Below are positions 7,190-16,062 of a stretch of DNA of 41,049 nucleotides, piece after piece. This DNA comes from Patescibacteria group bacterium (GTDB lineage Bacteria; Patescibacteriota; Minisyncoccia; Phycocordibacterales; UBA1539). Each line of letters opens with the position of its first letter. The first letter of the stretch is position 1. The notes under the pieces were generated by a model. It saw nothing but the letters and a program-made list of their open reading frames with translations. It did not search any database and was not told where the DNA came from. The stretch is from the NCBI GenBank assembly GCA_036985875.1, contig BTQM01000002.1, positions 1 through 41,049 on the forward strand, read 5' to 3'. The position numbers were made by a program, and so were the translations under genes.

Positions 7190-9766
7190 ATGCCCAAACA
7201 ACACTCCAACGAAACAGAGAATATCATCGTGAAAGGCGCCAGGGTGCACAATCTGAAGAATATAACGGTTACAATGCCACGCAATAAGATGATCGTCTTC
7301 ACCGGCCTTTCTGGGTCGGGGAAGTCTTCGCTCGCTTTTGATACTATCTTTGCCGAAGGACAAAGGCGATACATTGAATCGCTGTCGGCATACGCCCGCC
7401 AATTCCTGCGCCAAATGCAAAAGCCCGACATTGACGAGATAGTGGGTCTCTCGCCCGCCATCTCCATTGACCAAAAGACGCGCTCTTCAAACCCGCGCTC
7501 CACCGTGGCGACCATTACGGAAATATATGATTACCTGCGTGTCCTATATGCTCGTGTGGGAAAACCGCACTGCCTCCTATGCGGTGAAGAGATAAAGAGG
7601 TTGTCCAACGAAGAAATAATTAATTTTGTTCTGGAGCACATACAAAACGTGGGGAAAAAGAGCGAAAAAAAGGAGCGGGTCCAGATCTTCGCTCCCATCG
7701 TGCGCGGAAGGAAAGGGGAGTACTACCAGCTTCTCTACGACATGTTAAGCAAGGGATACGCACGAGCACGCGTTGACGGAAAAATGAAAAATTTGAGAGA
7801 GCAGATCATTCTTTCAAAACATAAAAAACACACCATTGATGTTTTGGTGGACGAGATAGAGGTGTCTGAATTCAAAGAGGAGCGAAAAGGCGCCCTTGAG
7901 AGAGTGGGTGAATCTCTGGAGAGGGCGCTGCACGAAGCGGACGGCCTTGTAAGGATCGTCTTTATGGGGACGGAAAAGACGGATGCAAACGAATTTTTGA
8001 TGTCAAGCAGTTTCGCGTGCCCAAATGACGGTTTCTCTTATCCGGAGGTGGAACCGCGGCTTTTTTCATTCAATTCCCCTTATGGGGCTTGTACCGCGTG
8101 CAACGGTTTGGGTACAAAGCACTTTTTCGGCGATGAGGAGTGCCCAGAATGCCAGGGAGCACGCCTGCGTAAGGAAGCGCTTCATGTCTTTCTTGGCAAA
8201 AAGAGGATAGACGAGGTGGTGGGAATGTCTATCACGGAAGCGGCCGGTTTTTTCGCAAAACTTCAGCTGTCAAAAAAAGACAAGGAAATATCAAGGGTTG
8301 TCATCAAAGAGATAGAGAACCGTCTTTCTTTCCTTCTTGACGTGGGGCTTGACTATCTGGCGCTGGAGCGGCGCGCCAACACGCTCTCAGGAGGCGAAGC
8401 ACAGAGAATACGCTTGGCGTCACAGCTTGGCTCACGGCTCGTGGGGGCGCTTTATGTTTTGGACGAACCCACCATCGGGCTTCACCAGCACGACAACAAC
8501 CGGCTCATTAAAACACTTCACAATCTACGCGATCTGGGAAACACCATTATCGTCGTAGAACACGACGAGGACACCATTTTTGCGTCAGATTACCTCGTTG
8601 ATATCGGACCTGGGGCCGGAGTGCACGGCGGAGAAATTGTTGTATCGGGATTTTTGGAAGAGCTTCTCACGAATGACCAGCATCAATCAATAACGCTAGA
8701 CTATCTAAGGGAGGATAAAAAGATACCAACGCCAAAGACAAGGAGGAAGAAGAACCGCGGCGCGCTGAAGATCAGAGGAGGAAAGATATTTAATATAAAG
8801 AACTTAAGCGTTGACGTGCCGCTGGGAAGGTGTACTGTCATCACCGGCGTGTCCGGATCGGGGAAGTCAACGCTCCTCTATGAGATCATCTATCAAAATC
8901 TTAAAGCGAGGTTTGACAGGCGATACAGGAGCAATGAAGTATTCAATTGCAAATCGTTCGCCGGTACGGAATACATCAGCAGGGCGGTACTCATCAATCA
9001 GTCACCGATCGGCAGGACTCCACGCTCAAACCCGGCCACCTACACCGGAGCATTCACGTTTATCAGGGAATTGTTCGCAGAAACGGAAGAGGCACGAATT
9101 CGCGGGTGGAAGCCGCGCCGGTTCTCTTTCAACGTAAAAGGCGGCCGTTGCGAGGTATGCCAAGGAAACGGCACCATCGCTGTTGAAATGCACTTCTTGC
9201 CGACGGTCTATGTTACCTGCGATGTGTGCCGCGGCAAGCGGTTTGAAAGCGAGACACTGGAAGTAAAGTACAAAAAGAAAAACATACACCAAATTCTCAA
9301 GATGACCGTTGAGGAAGCGCTCGCATTCTTTGAGGATATTCCGGCCATCCACGACAGATTAAAAACAATGAACGACGTCGGATTGGGATACTTACAGCTC
9401 GGACAATCCGCGACAACGCTCTCCGGTGGGGAAGCGCAAAGAGTGAAAATATCTTCCGAGCTTTACCGCCCGCATCTGCAAAAGACAATATATCTTTTGG
9501 ACGAGCCGACTATCGGGCTTCATTACGAAGACGTGGCAAAACTCATTGAGATACTCCAAAAGCTGGTTGACAAAGGCAACACCGTGGTGCTGATAGAGCA
9601 CAACATGGACATAATAAAAACGGCCGATCATGTCATTGATATGGGGCCGGAAGGAGGTGAAGGCGGGGGACGTGTCGTGGCGAAAGGCACCCCGGAAGAG
9701 GTCGCGCAAAGCACAAAGTCCCACACTGCAAAATACCTAAAAAGGGCATTGCGGAAAAAGGCATGA
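7190..9766 (+). CDS. uvrA: Excinuclease ABC subunit A
   Basis: Two ABC ATPase modules (GLSGSGKSS and GVSGSGKST; LSGGEAQR twice). Zinc-finger Cys clusters. Confidence 0.95.
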   Translation: MPKQHSNETENIIVKGARVHNLKNITVTMPRNKMIVFTGLSGSGKSSLAFDTIFAEGQRRYIESLSAYARQFLRQMQKPDIDEIVGLSPAISIDQKTRSSNPRSTVATITEIYDYLRVLYARVGKPHCLLCGEEIKRLSNEEIINFVLEHIQNVGKKSEKKERVQIFAPIVRGRKGEYYQLLYDMLSKGYARARVDGKMKNLREQIILSKHKKHTIDVLVDEIEVSEFKEERKGALERVGESLERALHEADGLVRIVFMGTEKTDANEFLMSSSFACPNDGFSYPEVEPRLFSFNSPYGACTACNGLGTKHFFGDEECPECQGARLRKEALHVFLGKKRIDEVVGMSITEAAGFFAKLQLSKKDKEISRVVIKEIENRLSFLLDVGLDYLALERRANTLSGGEAQRIRLASQLGSRLVGALYVLDEPTIGLHQHDNNRLIKTLHNLRDLGNTIIVVEHDEDTIFASDYLVDIGPGAGVHGGEIVVSGFLEELLTNDQHQSITLDYLREDKKIPTPKTRRKKNRGALKIRGGKIFNIKNLSVDVPLGRCTVITGVSGSGKSTLLYEIIYQNLKARFDRRYRSNEVFNCKSFAGTEYISRAVLINQSPIGRTPRSNPATYTGAFTFIRELFAETEEARIRGWKPRRFSFNVKGGRCEVCQGNGTIAVEMHFLPTVYVTCDVCRGKRFESETLEVKYKKKNIHQILKMTVEEALAFFEDIPAIHDRLKTMNDVGLGYLQLGQSATTLSGGEAQRVKISSELYRPHLQKTIYLLDEPTIGLHYEDVAKLIEILQKLVDKGNTVVLIEHNMDIIKTADHVIDMGPEGGEGGGRVVAKGTPEEVAQSTKSHTAKYLKRALRKKA

Positions 9767-11025
9767 TATATCAAGACCTACAGAGAAAAAAGTTGCCGAA
9801 TCAACCGGGCGTGTATATGTTCGTGGAACGTGGCGGTAAAATGCTCTACATAGGAAAAGCATCGTCTCTGAAGGATCGTGTGCGCAGTTATTTTAACAAG
9901 GGCGTAACCGAGGCGCGAGGCCCCCATATCCACTCCATGGTGGAGATGGCGAAAACCGTTCGATTCATTGAGACGGATTCAGTGTTGGAAGCGCTCATTC
10001 TTGAGGCGCAGTTGATCAAAAAACACAAACCGCGATACAACACCAAAGAAAAAGACGACAAGAGTTTCAACTACGTAGTGATCACCAAAGAAGACTTTCC
10101 GCGAGTGCTTCTTATGCGCGCGAAAGAGTTTTTTAACCCACGCCACAAACCAAAATACGACATAAAATATTCATTCGGACCTTATCCGCAAGGGGGTACA
10201 CTCAAAGAAGCATTGCGTATCGTCCGCAAGATCTTTCCGTTTAGAGACAGGTGCACACCTGTCGAAGCGAACCTGCCCGTGCGGCGACGCACGCAGACAG
10301 GCAAACCGTGTTTCAACAGACAGATCGGACTGTGTCCCGGTGTATGTACGGGAGAGATCTCAAAAAAAGAATATGCAAAAACGATAAGACACCTCAAGCT
10401 CTTTTTTGAAGGAAAGAAGAAAACGGTCTTAAGAAAACTTAAAAAAGAGATGGCAGGAGCGGCGAGTAAACTGGAATTTGAACGGGCGGGAAAGATCAAA
10501 AGAACAATATTCGCGCTGGGGCACATTCAGGATATTGCACTGATCGGAGACGAGCAAGGCCCCGTCTCCGACGTGCTCGCTGTGAGAATCGAGGCATATG
10601 ACGTAGCGCACATAAGCGGAAAATTCGCGGTGGGAGTAATGGCAGTGGTGCAAGGAGAAAGCCCACAAAAAAGCGAGTACAGAAAATTCAAGATAAAAAG
10701 TTTTGAGGGGGTGAATGATACGCGAGCCCTTAAAGAAATTCTGGAGCGGCGCCTCGCTCATGCACGGTGGGAACTTCCACGCCTTGTCGTCGTTGACGGG
10801 GGAGCGGCACAGAAGAATGCCGCCGAGAAAGTGCTGAGAGAAGCGGGAATCATGATTCCCGTAGTCGCCGTTGTGAAAAATGAGCGGCACAAGCCGAAAG
10901 GAATAAGAGGGGGAAAAGAGTTGATGCGAAAGCACGAAAAGGAGATCCTTCTTGCCAACAGCGAGGCGCATCGTTTTGCAATCGCATATCACAAAAAATT
11001 GCGAAGTGAGGCCATGAAAGGCTAA
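9763..11025 (+). CDS. uvrC: Excinuclease ABC subunit C, short form (420 aa) lacking the C-terminal (HhH)2 region
   Basis: ATGA overlap with uvrA. GIY-YIG N-terminus (GVYMF...LYIGKASSLKDRVRSYF). UVR motif (EFERAGKIKRTIFAL). Endonuclease-domain motif (EAYDVAHISG). The protein ends about 40 aa after the VVDGG...Q block. Confidence 0.85.
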   Translation: MIYQDLQRKKLPNQPGVYMFVERGGKMLYIGKASSLKDRVRSYFNKGVTEARGPHIHSMVEMAKTVRFIETDSVLEALILEAQLIKKHKPRYNTKEKDDKSFNYVVITKEDFPRVLLMRAKEFFNPRHKPKYDIKYSFGPYPQGGTLKEALRIVRKIFPFRDRCTPVEANLPVRRRTQTGKPCFNRQIGLCPGVCTGEISKKEYAKTIRHLKLFFEGKKKTVLRKLKKEMAGAASKLEFERAGKIKRTIFALGHIQDIALIGDEQGPVSDVLAVRIEAYDVAHISGKFAVGVMAVVQGESPQKSEYRKFKIKSFEGVNDTRALKEILERRLAHARWELPRLVVVDGGAAQKNAAEKVLREAGIMIPVVAVVKNERHKPKGIRGGKELMRKHEKEILLANSEAHRFAIAYHKKLRSEAMKG

Positions 11026-11037
11026 GTGTCCAAGCAA

Positions 11038-11487
11038 CTATAGTAGCTCCTCCACCACTGCCTTTACGGAGTTTCCGTCAGCCCTGCCTGCCGTTTCTTT
11101 CATCACCGCCCCCATAAGCATTCCCATTTTTGCCTTGTCTTCAATGCCGAGTTCCGCTTTCTTCGCCTCCACAATGTTGCGAATATCTTCTTTGCCCATC
11201 ATTTGAGGCAAATACTGCTCTAAAACAGCGAGCTCCTCGCGCTCTTCTTTCGCCAGATCCTGCCGACCGCCTTTCTCAAACTGCGTGATGGAATCTTTTC
11301 GTTGTTTCGCAAGGCGTTTTATTACAGCGAGCGCCTCTTCGTCGCCAAGCGCATCCTGCGGGGTTTTACCCGTTGCAACAAGCTCGTTGGTGAACGCGGA
11401 AAGTATGTTCCGCAACACGCTCAAGCGGAGAACGTCCTTGGATCGCATTGCACTCTTAATTTCTTCTTTGATATCTTCGTAGATCAT
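11038..11487 (-). CDS. GatB/YqeY domain protein
   Basis: ORF 11038..11550 trimmed to MIYEDIKEEIKSAMRSKD... Typical YqeY motifs: LRLSVLRNILSA, QRKDSI..F.KGGRQDLA. Confidence 0.85.
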   Translation of the reverse strand: MIYEDIKEEIKSAMRSKDVLRLSVLRNILSAFTNELVATGKTPQDALGDEEALAVIKRLAKQRKDSITQFEKGGRQDLAKEEREELAVLEQYLPQMMGKEDIRNIVEAKKAELGIEDKAKMGMLMGAVMKETAGRADGNSVKAVVEELL

Positions 11488-11570
11488 ATATAGTGTTTTA
11501 ATACTAATTATGTAGTTTATCATACGATATTGGAGGCTTTTTACCAACACAAGCTCTCTTGTTTGTCGTG

Positions 11571-11614
11571 ATAAAAAAATAAACCCACCATTCAGCAGAA
11601 GCTGATAGTGGGTT
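11571..11614 (-). terminator. Intrinsic terminator after the small membrane-protein gene
   Basis: Minus strand reads AACCCAC-ta-TCAGC-ttct-GCTGA-atg-GTGGGTT, followed by a T-rich run. Confidence 0.8.
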
Positions 11615-11627
11615 GTGGGAGACTAGC

Positions 11628-11819
11628 TTACCCTCCTTTTTGTTTTTTCTCGCTCATGGCGAGGAAAACGCCTAATGCCATTAATGCCGCTATGCCAATG
11701 ACTACTGCGAACAAAGCGATATAATCCACGAAGTAGAAGGTCTTACCCGAAGTCCATAACATTGTGGTACCAATGGAAAAAATTATTAAAATACCGAGTA
11801 TTTTTTTAAACATAAACAT
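11628..11819 (-). CDS. Small hydrophobic membrane protein (63 aa)
   Basis: ORF 11628..11849 trimmed to MFMFKKILGILIIF... (GGAG 8 nt upstream). Two predicted TM helices. Confidence 0.5.
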   Translation of the reverse strand: MFMFKKILGILIIFSIGTTMLWTSGKTFYFVDYIALFAVVIGIAALMALGVFLAMSEKKQKGG

Positions 11820-11902
11820 GACAGAATCTCCATTTTGCCAAAATGCCAAAACTTGCTTAATCTATAAACATACTAATACACAACGGCTGCATTGTCAAGA
11901 GC

Positions 11903-11932
11903 TTGCGAGCACAGCTCTCCTCTTGGTATAAT
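11903..11932 (+). promoter_or_regulatory. Promoter TTGCGA-18-(TGg)TATAAT, 7 nt upstream of ATG 11940
   Basis: -10 at 11927-11932, then atacgta, then ATG. No SD. Confidence 0.5.
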
Positions 11933-11939
11933 ATACGTA

Positions 11940-12683
11940 ATGGCGCAATCGGTATTTTTTACAAACTTTCTTGAGCAAAAGAAAACGATAAAAACCTTGA
12001 TCGAAGAAAGTCGCGCGGACGCCGATTTTTACCTTTTTCTGGGCGGTTCAAGCATCATCACCACCTTGGGGCTCCTGATGGACAGCTCTATCGTAGTGAT
12101 AGGGGGAATGCTGGTTGCCCCGCTCCTGTTTCCCATATTGAGCTTGGGTATGGGAGTCGTAACCTCAAGCAAAGAAGCGATTGACAGATCGCTCAAAACG
12201 ATAGGGAAGTCGATTCTCCTTGTTTTTTTCGTTTCATTCTTCTTTGCATTTCTCATAAACTCTAAAGAGGTGACGCCTGTCATCTATCTTGCCAGCACCG
12301 CAAGCCTCGCGCACTTCCTCATTGCGTTCGTCTCGGGACTCGTCGCCGCGCTTGCATGGGTGAGACAGAACGCTAACGCCGCTCTCCCAGGCATCGCCGT
12401 CTCCGTTTCTCTCATCCCTCCGCTTTCGGCACTTGCGGTCGGAGCGTCTTTCCTGGACAAGGATATAATTTCCGGGTCCCTCATGCTCTTTATCATAAAT
12501 CTGATCGGCATCGTGGTCGCAGGGATGATCGTCTTCTCCTTATTTGGCTTTTCCCAGCTGCAAAAAGTCCAAGAGAAAATTATAAAAGAAGAGGAGAGAA
12601 AAACGGAGGAAAATAGGGAAAAGAAAGAAGATGCGGACGGAATTGTGATAGAAAACATTGAAGAGAGAGGGGGTACCGGTTGA
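11940..12683 (+). CDS. DUF389-like multi-pass membrane protein
   Basis: ORF 11892..12683 trimmed to MAQSVFF... The motif VVIGGMLVAPLLFPILSLGMG is typical of DUF389/TIGR00341 proteins. Charged C-terminal tail. Confidence 0.6.
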   Translation: MAQSVFFTNFLEQKKTIKTLIEESRADADFYLFLGGSSIITTLGLLMDSSIVVIGGMLVAPLLFPILSLGMGVVTSSKEAIDRSLKTIGKSILLVFFVSFFFAFLINSKEVTPVIYLASTASLAHFLIAFVSGLVAALAWVRQNANAALPGIAVSVSLIPPLSALAVGASFLDKDIISGSLMLFIINLIGIVVAGMIVFSLFGFSQLQKVQEKIIKEEERKTEENREKKEDADGIVIENIEERGGTG

Positions 12684-12736
12684 TTCTTAAGTTTCGCTGC
12701 AATAAACGCAAAGGAAGTACGCATAGAGCACAAAAG

Positions 12737-12765
12737 AAGCACCGCACATTGTTTGCGCGGTGCTT
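12737..12765. terminator. Bidirectional hairpin between convergent genes
   Basis: AAGCACCGC-(11 nt)-GCGGTGCTT, a 9-bp stem flanked by A/T. Confidence 0.7.
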
Positions 12766-12773
12766 TAGTAAAG

Positions 12774-13100
12774 TTATTTCTTTACTAAAATGAACTTGGG
12801 TGTTTTCTTTTCTGCCGCAATTTGCCACTCTCCGAAGAGGAGTCTCCACTTGAAATACAAGTATAGCGGACCAAAGAAAAAGAAAGCGGCCATACCGACA
12901 ATGATCATCCAAAAGAAAAATGGATCTGCCGGCGCTGGATAAGGTCCCGTTGCATACAGGGTCCCTGATACAATGAGGGCGATGATGGAAAAACAGATAA
13001 CATGTACTAAACACTCTCTGTCCTTCCGCATACCTTTTTCTTTCCATTGAAACCTGCGCGCAGCACTCCAGCGTGCACGAAAGTTTTGTGTAAAAAACAT
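12774..13100 (-). CDS. Hypothetical membrane protein (108 aa)
   Basis: ORF 12774..13109. ATG 13100 lies 8 nt downstream of AGGAG. Two hydrophobic helices. Confidence 0.5.
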   Translation of the reverse strand: MFFTQNFRARWSAARRFQWKEKGMRKDRECLVHVICFSIIALIVSGTLYATGPYPAPADPFFFWMIIVGMAAFFFFGPLYLYFKWRLLFGEWQIAAEKKTPKFILVKK

Positions 13101-13186
13101 AATTCCCACTCCTGTGTCTGCTTATAATCCAGAGGCACAATACCATACTTGATAGAGAGCGGCAAGCGGTGTAGATTAAACTTGTA

Positions 13187-13212
13187 TCAAAAATATTAAA
13201 GAATATTTTTGA
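13187..13212. promoter_or_regulatory. Perfect 11/11 palindrome TCAAAAATATT-aaag-AATATTTTTGA upstream of mnmA
   Basis: Seen directly in the sequence. It lies in a divergent promoter region. An operator or UP-element role is inference. Confidence 0.25.
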
Positions 13213-13228
13213 AATAAATTTCAGTTCT

Positions 13229-14338
13229 ATGCGTGAAAAGAAGGAAAAAGTATTTATTGGACTTTCGGGTGGCGTAGACAGCTCTGTCGCCGCGGCAATT
13301 CTTCAAAAGGAGGGCTATGATGTAACGGGGGTATTCATCAGGGTATGGCAACCACCGTTTTTACCCTGCACATGGAAGGAAGATCGGCTGGACGCTATGC
13401 GTGTTGCGGCGCATTTGGATATTCCATTTTTGACGATGAATTTTGAAAAGGAGTATAAAAAAGAAGTGGTGGACTATATGATAGATGCGTACAAGCGGGG
13501 ATTAACACCCAACCCCGACGTGATGTGCAACAGGACTATCAAGTTTGGAGCATTCTGGAGGGAGGCGGTGAAAATGGGCGCTCTCCATGTTGCAACGGGA
13601 CACCACGCACGCACGCGCAAGATCGAAAACAAAAGATCAAACATCAAAAATTACCGTCTACTCAAGGGTGTGGATGAGGGCAAAGATCAATCATATTTTC
13701 TCTGGACACTCACGCAAAAACAACTGCAAAAGACACTTTTTCCGGTCGGTGAATACGAGAAGTCAGACGTCAGAAAAATGGCAGAGGAATTCGGGCTTCA
13801 TACTGCACAGAAAAAAGACAGTCAGGGGCTCTGCTTCGTGGGCAAACTCAATATGCGGGATTTCTTGAAACACTTTATTGAAGAGAAGAGGGGAGATGTA
13901 TTGAATGTGGGGGGAGAGGTGATAGGATGGCACGAAGGAGCATATTTCTACACACTGGGACAGCGGCACGGATTTACCATCACAAAAAAGGGGGCGCACG
14001 ATACACCATATTACATTGTTGGCAAGAATATTGAACACAACACGCTGGCAATATCCCACAAAAAGACAAGTGGGGTGGTTGCAAATACGAAGAGAAAGGT
14101 GACAATAAAAAACACAAACTGGATCGCCGACACACCCCTCGTTGGGAAAAAAATATACGCGGCGCGAGTACGCTATCGTCAGCCGCTTCAGCAATGCACC
14201 GTAAAAAACATTTCGGACGATGAGGCAACTATTGTCTTTGACGAGCCCCAGCTTATTCCCGCGGGACAATCTTTAGTGCTCTACGACGGGGAGGAGTGCC
14301 TCGGTGGAGGAATAATGAAGCAACAAGCTGCAATTTAA
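13229..14338 (+). CDS. mnmA: tRNA 2-thiouridine(34) synthase
   Basis: PP-loop GLSGGVDSSV. Conserved DQSYFL and GLCF motifs. Length 369 aa. Confidence 0.9.
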   Translation: MREKKEKVFIGLSGGVDSSVAAAILQKEGYDVTGVFIRVWQPPFLPCTWKEDRLDAMRVAAHLDIPFLTMNFEKEYKKEVVDYMIDAYKRGLTPNPDVMCNRTIKFGAFWREAVKMGALHVATGHHARTRKIENKRSNIKNYRLLKGVDEGKDQSYFLWTLTQKQLQKTLFPVGEYEKSDVRKMAEEFGLHTAQKKDSQGLCFVGKLNMRDFLKHFIEEKRGDVLNVGGEVIGWHEGAYFYTLGQRHGFTITKKGAHDTPYYIVGKNIEHNTLAISHKKTSGVVANTKRKVTIKNTNWIADTPLVGKKIYAARVRYRQPLQQCTVKNISDDEATIVFDEPQLIPAGQSLVLYDGEECLGGGIMKQQAAI

Positions 14339-14340
14339 AA

Positions 14341-14363
14341 ACCCCCGCAATAGTTGTGGGGGT
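14341..14363. terminator. Bidirectional hairpin ACCCCCGCAA-tag-TTGTGGGGGT between convergent genes
   Basis: 10-bp stem including one G-U pair, flanked by AAAA and TT. Confidence 0.75.
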
Positions 14364-14390
14364 TGAATCTGGATGTGCACAATGCGACAT

Positions 14391-14891
14391 TTATTCGCTA
14401 TTTTCTTTCATATGTGCCTTCAGGAGTGCGATGATTTCTGTCTGACCAAACGTTGTCGCATGCATTAATGCGGTCGTTCCATTTTCATCTTTTGCATTCA
14501 CATCGGCATCGTACTTAAGCAAGATGTCAGCAATTTCAGTTTGACCAAACAGCGCCGCAATCATTAGTGCGGTTGTTCCATCTTTATCTTTTGCATTCAC
14601 ATCGGCACCGCGATCAAGAAGGAGTTTCGTGACTTCAGTATGGACATACAACACCGCAATCATTAGTGCGGTTGTTCCATCTTTATCTTTTGTGTTCACG
14701 TTGGCGCCCTTTTCAAGTGCGCGCCGCACCGTTTCCATGTCTCCTTTCAGCGCACCGCCGACAAGCACCGAGTTCTGGAAAGAAACATCAGGTGCGGCAT
14801 ATGACGGAAGCGTTATGGTGAACATTCCGCACAATATCAACAGTGGTGCCAGTACGCCAATCTGTATTCTCGATATCCTCTTTGTGTTCAT
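14391..14891 (-). CDS. Secreted ankyrin-repeat protein (166 aa)
   Basis: ORF 14391..15254 trimmed to MNTKRISRIQIGVLAPLLILCGMFTITLPSYAAP (signal peptide; GAGGTG upstream). Contains 3-4 ANK repeats (DKDGTTALM.A......E....LL..GADVNAK). Confidence 0.8.
   Translation of the reverse strand: MNTKRISRIQIGVLAPLLILCGMFTITLPSYAAPDVSFQNSVLVGGALKGDMETVRRALEKGANVNTKDKDGTTALMIAVLYVHTEVTKLLLDRGADVNAKDKDGTTALMIAALFGQTEIADILLKYDADVNAKDENGTTALMHATTFGQTEIIALLKAHMKENSE
14456..14752. repeat. Three tandem 99-bp units encoding the ANK repeats
   Basis: Units 2 and 3 share a 39-nt perfect run (14555-14593 = 14654-14692). Unit 1 is more diverged. Confidence 0.85.
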
Positions 14892-14937
14892 GCGTGACCA
14901 CCTCTCTGTTGTCAAATTGTTACTGGGTCTGCCGTAC

Positions 14938-14966
14938 AGCGTATCACGTATATGGGATATTGTCAA
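14938..14966 (-). promoter_or_regulatory. Promoter TTGACA-17-(TGa)TACGCT for the ankyrin gene
   Basis: Minus strand: -35 at 14966-14961, -10 at 14943-14938. Confidence 0.5.
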
Positions 14967-15039
14967 CTCCGTTAAAGGATTACCGCAACTAAAAACTTTG
15001 AAAAAGAGGAGGAGTATGAAATAATACATTCTAAAGAGT

Positions 15040-15903
15040 ATGGTGAAAAACGAGACTTTCATTATAAAAGCGTCGGGAGAAAAAGAGTTGTTTTCTGAAG
15101 AGAAGCTTCGTCGTTCTTTGAGGCGTTCCGGCGCGCCCGCGAATGTGGTTGACGTGGTTATGGATCGTATCAGAGATGAGCTTGCAGACGGGATGACGAC
15201 TTCCAATATATACCGCCGCGCGTTTGACATTCTGAAGAGGAATAAAAAAACCATTGCGATGCGTTACAGCTTGAGGCAGGCGGTGATGCAAATGGGTCCG
15301 ACAGGATTCCCTTTTGAGAAATTAGTGGGGGAGATCCTTAAAAAACAGGGCTATGATGTCAAGGTAGGTGTGGTAATGGCGGGACACTGTGTTTCTCACG
15401 AAATTGACGTACTCGCAAAGAAACAGCGTAAACACATTATCGTTGAAGCAAAATTCCACAATCAACTTGGTATAAAAACAGACCTGAAAGTGGCGCTCTA
15501 TGTGCAAGCTCGGTTTGAAGACATCAGAAAGAAACGTGAAGAAAAATATGTTAAACAAGAGAGGGAACACGAGGCATGGCTTATAACAAATACAAAGCTT
15601 ACTGCAGAAGCGGTGCGGTACAGCAAATGCATGGGAATGAGAGCAATAGGATGGAATTATCCACGCTGGGGAAATCTGCAGGACTTAATCGCAAGTTCAG
15701 ACGTACACCCCCTCACATGCCTTACCACGCTCTCCACGGGGCATAAAAGACAACTTTTTGAGAAAGGGGTAGTGCTTTGCAGAGAGCTTCTTGAAGACAA
15801 AAGCGCACTAAAGACACTCGGCATAACCGATAAAAAAATTAGGGACGTACTGGAGGAGATCAAGCTTATATGCAGAGATGTCATAGGGCTTGATGCCGCA
15901 TGA
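15040..15903 (+). CDS. ATP-cone domain fused to a Mrr-like PD-(D/E)xK restriction-endonuclease domain
   Basis: The N-terminus (IIKASGEKELFSEEKLRRSLRRSGA...IYRRAFDIL) looks like an ATP-cone. The core (GHCVSHEIDVLA...IIVEAKFH) matches the D...ExK nuclease motif, followed by a WLITNTKLT..A block. Confidence 0.7.
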   Translation: MVKNETFIIKASGEKELFSEEKLRRSLRRSGAPANVVDVVMDRIRDELADGMTTSNIYRRAFDILKRNKKTIAMRYSLRQAVMQMGPTGFPFEKLVGEILKKQGYDVKVGVVMAGHCVSHEIDVLAKKQRKHIIVEAKFHNQLGIKTDLKVALYVQARFEDIRKKREEKYVKQEREHEAWLITNTKLTAEAVRYSKCMGMRAIGWNYPRWGNLQDLIASSDVHPLTCLTTLSTGHKRQLFEKGVVLCRELLEDKSALKTLGITDKKIRDVLEEIKLICRDVIGLDAA

Positions 15904-16062
15904 TTATTCGTAAGAACAGTCTCTCAACCTCCCAGATACTACAAATCTTGCAGATTTGGCTACGGGACAGGCATTCCATTTTAAAATTACCAGATTCCGC
16001 CATGAAAACAGCTTGACAGACTACTCTAGCGGACGAAAATTTTTGAAACCTATCCTAAAAAC

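Noticed and set aside
14456-14752. Regular 99-bp repeats that could be mistaken for a repeat array or CRISPR
   Set aside because: The units are contiguous with no spacers, in frame, and encode 33-residue ankyrin repeats.
14892-15254. N-terminal 121-aa extension of the ankyrin ORF (ORF track 14391..15254)
   Set aside because: The extension overlaps the divergent ATP-cone gene and its promoter. An internal ATG at 14891 has an SD and promoter and yields a clean signal peptide.
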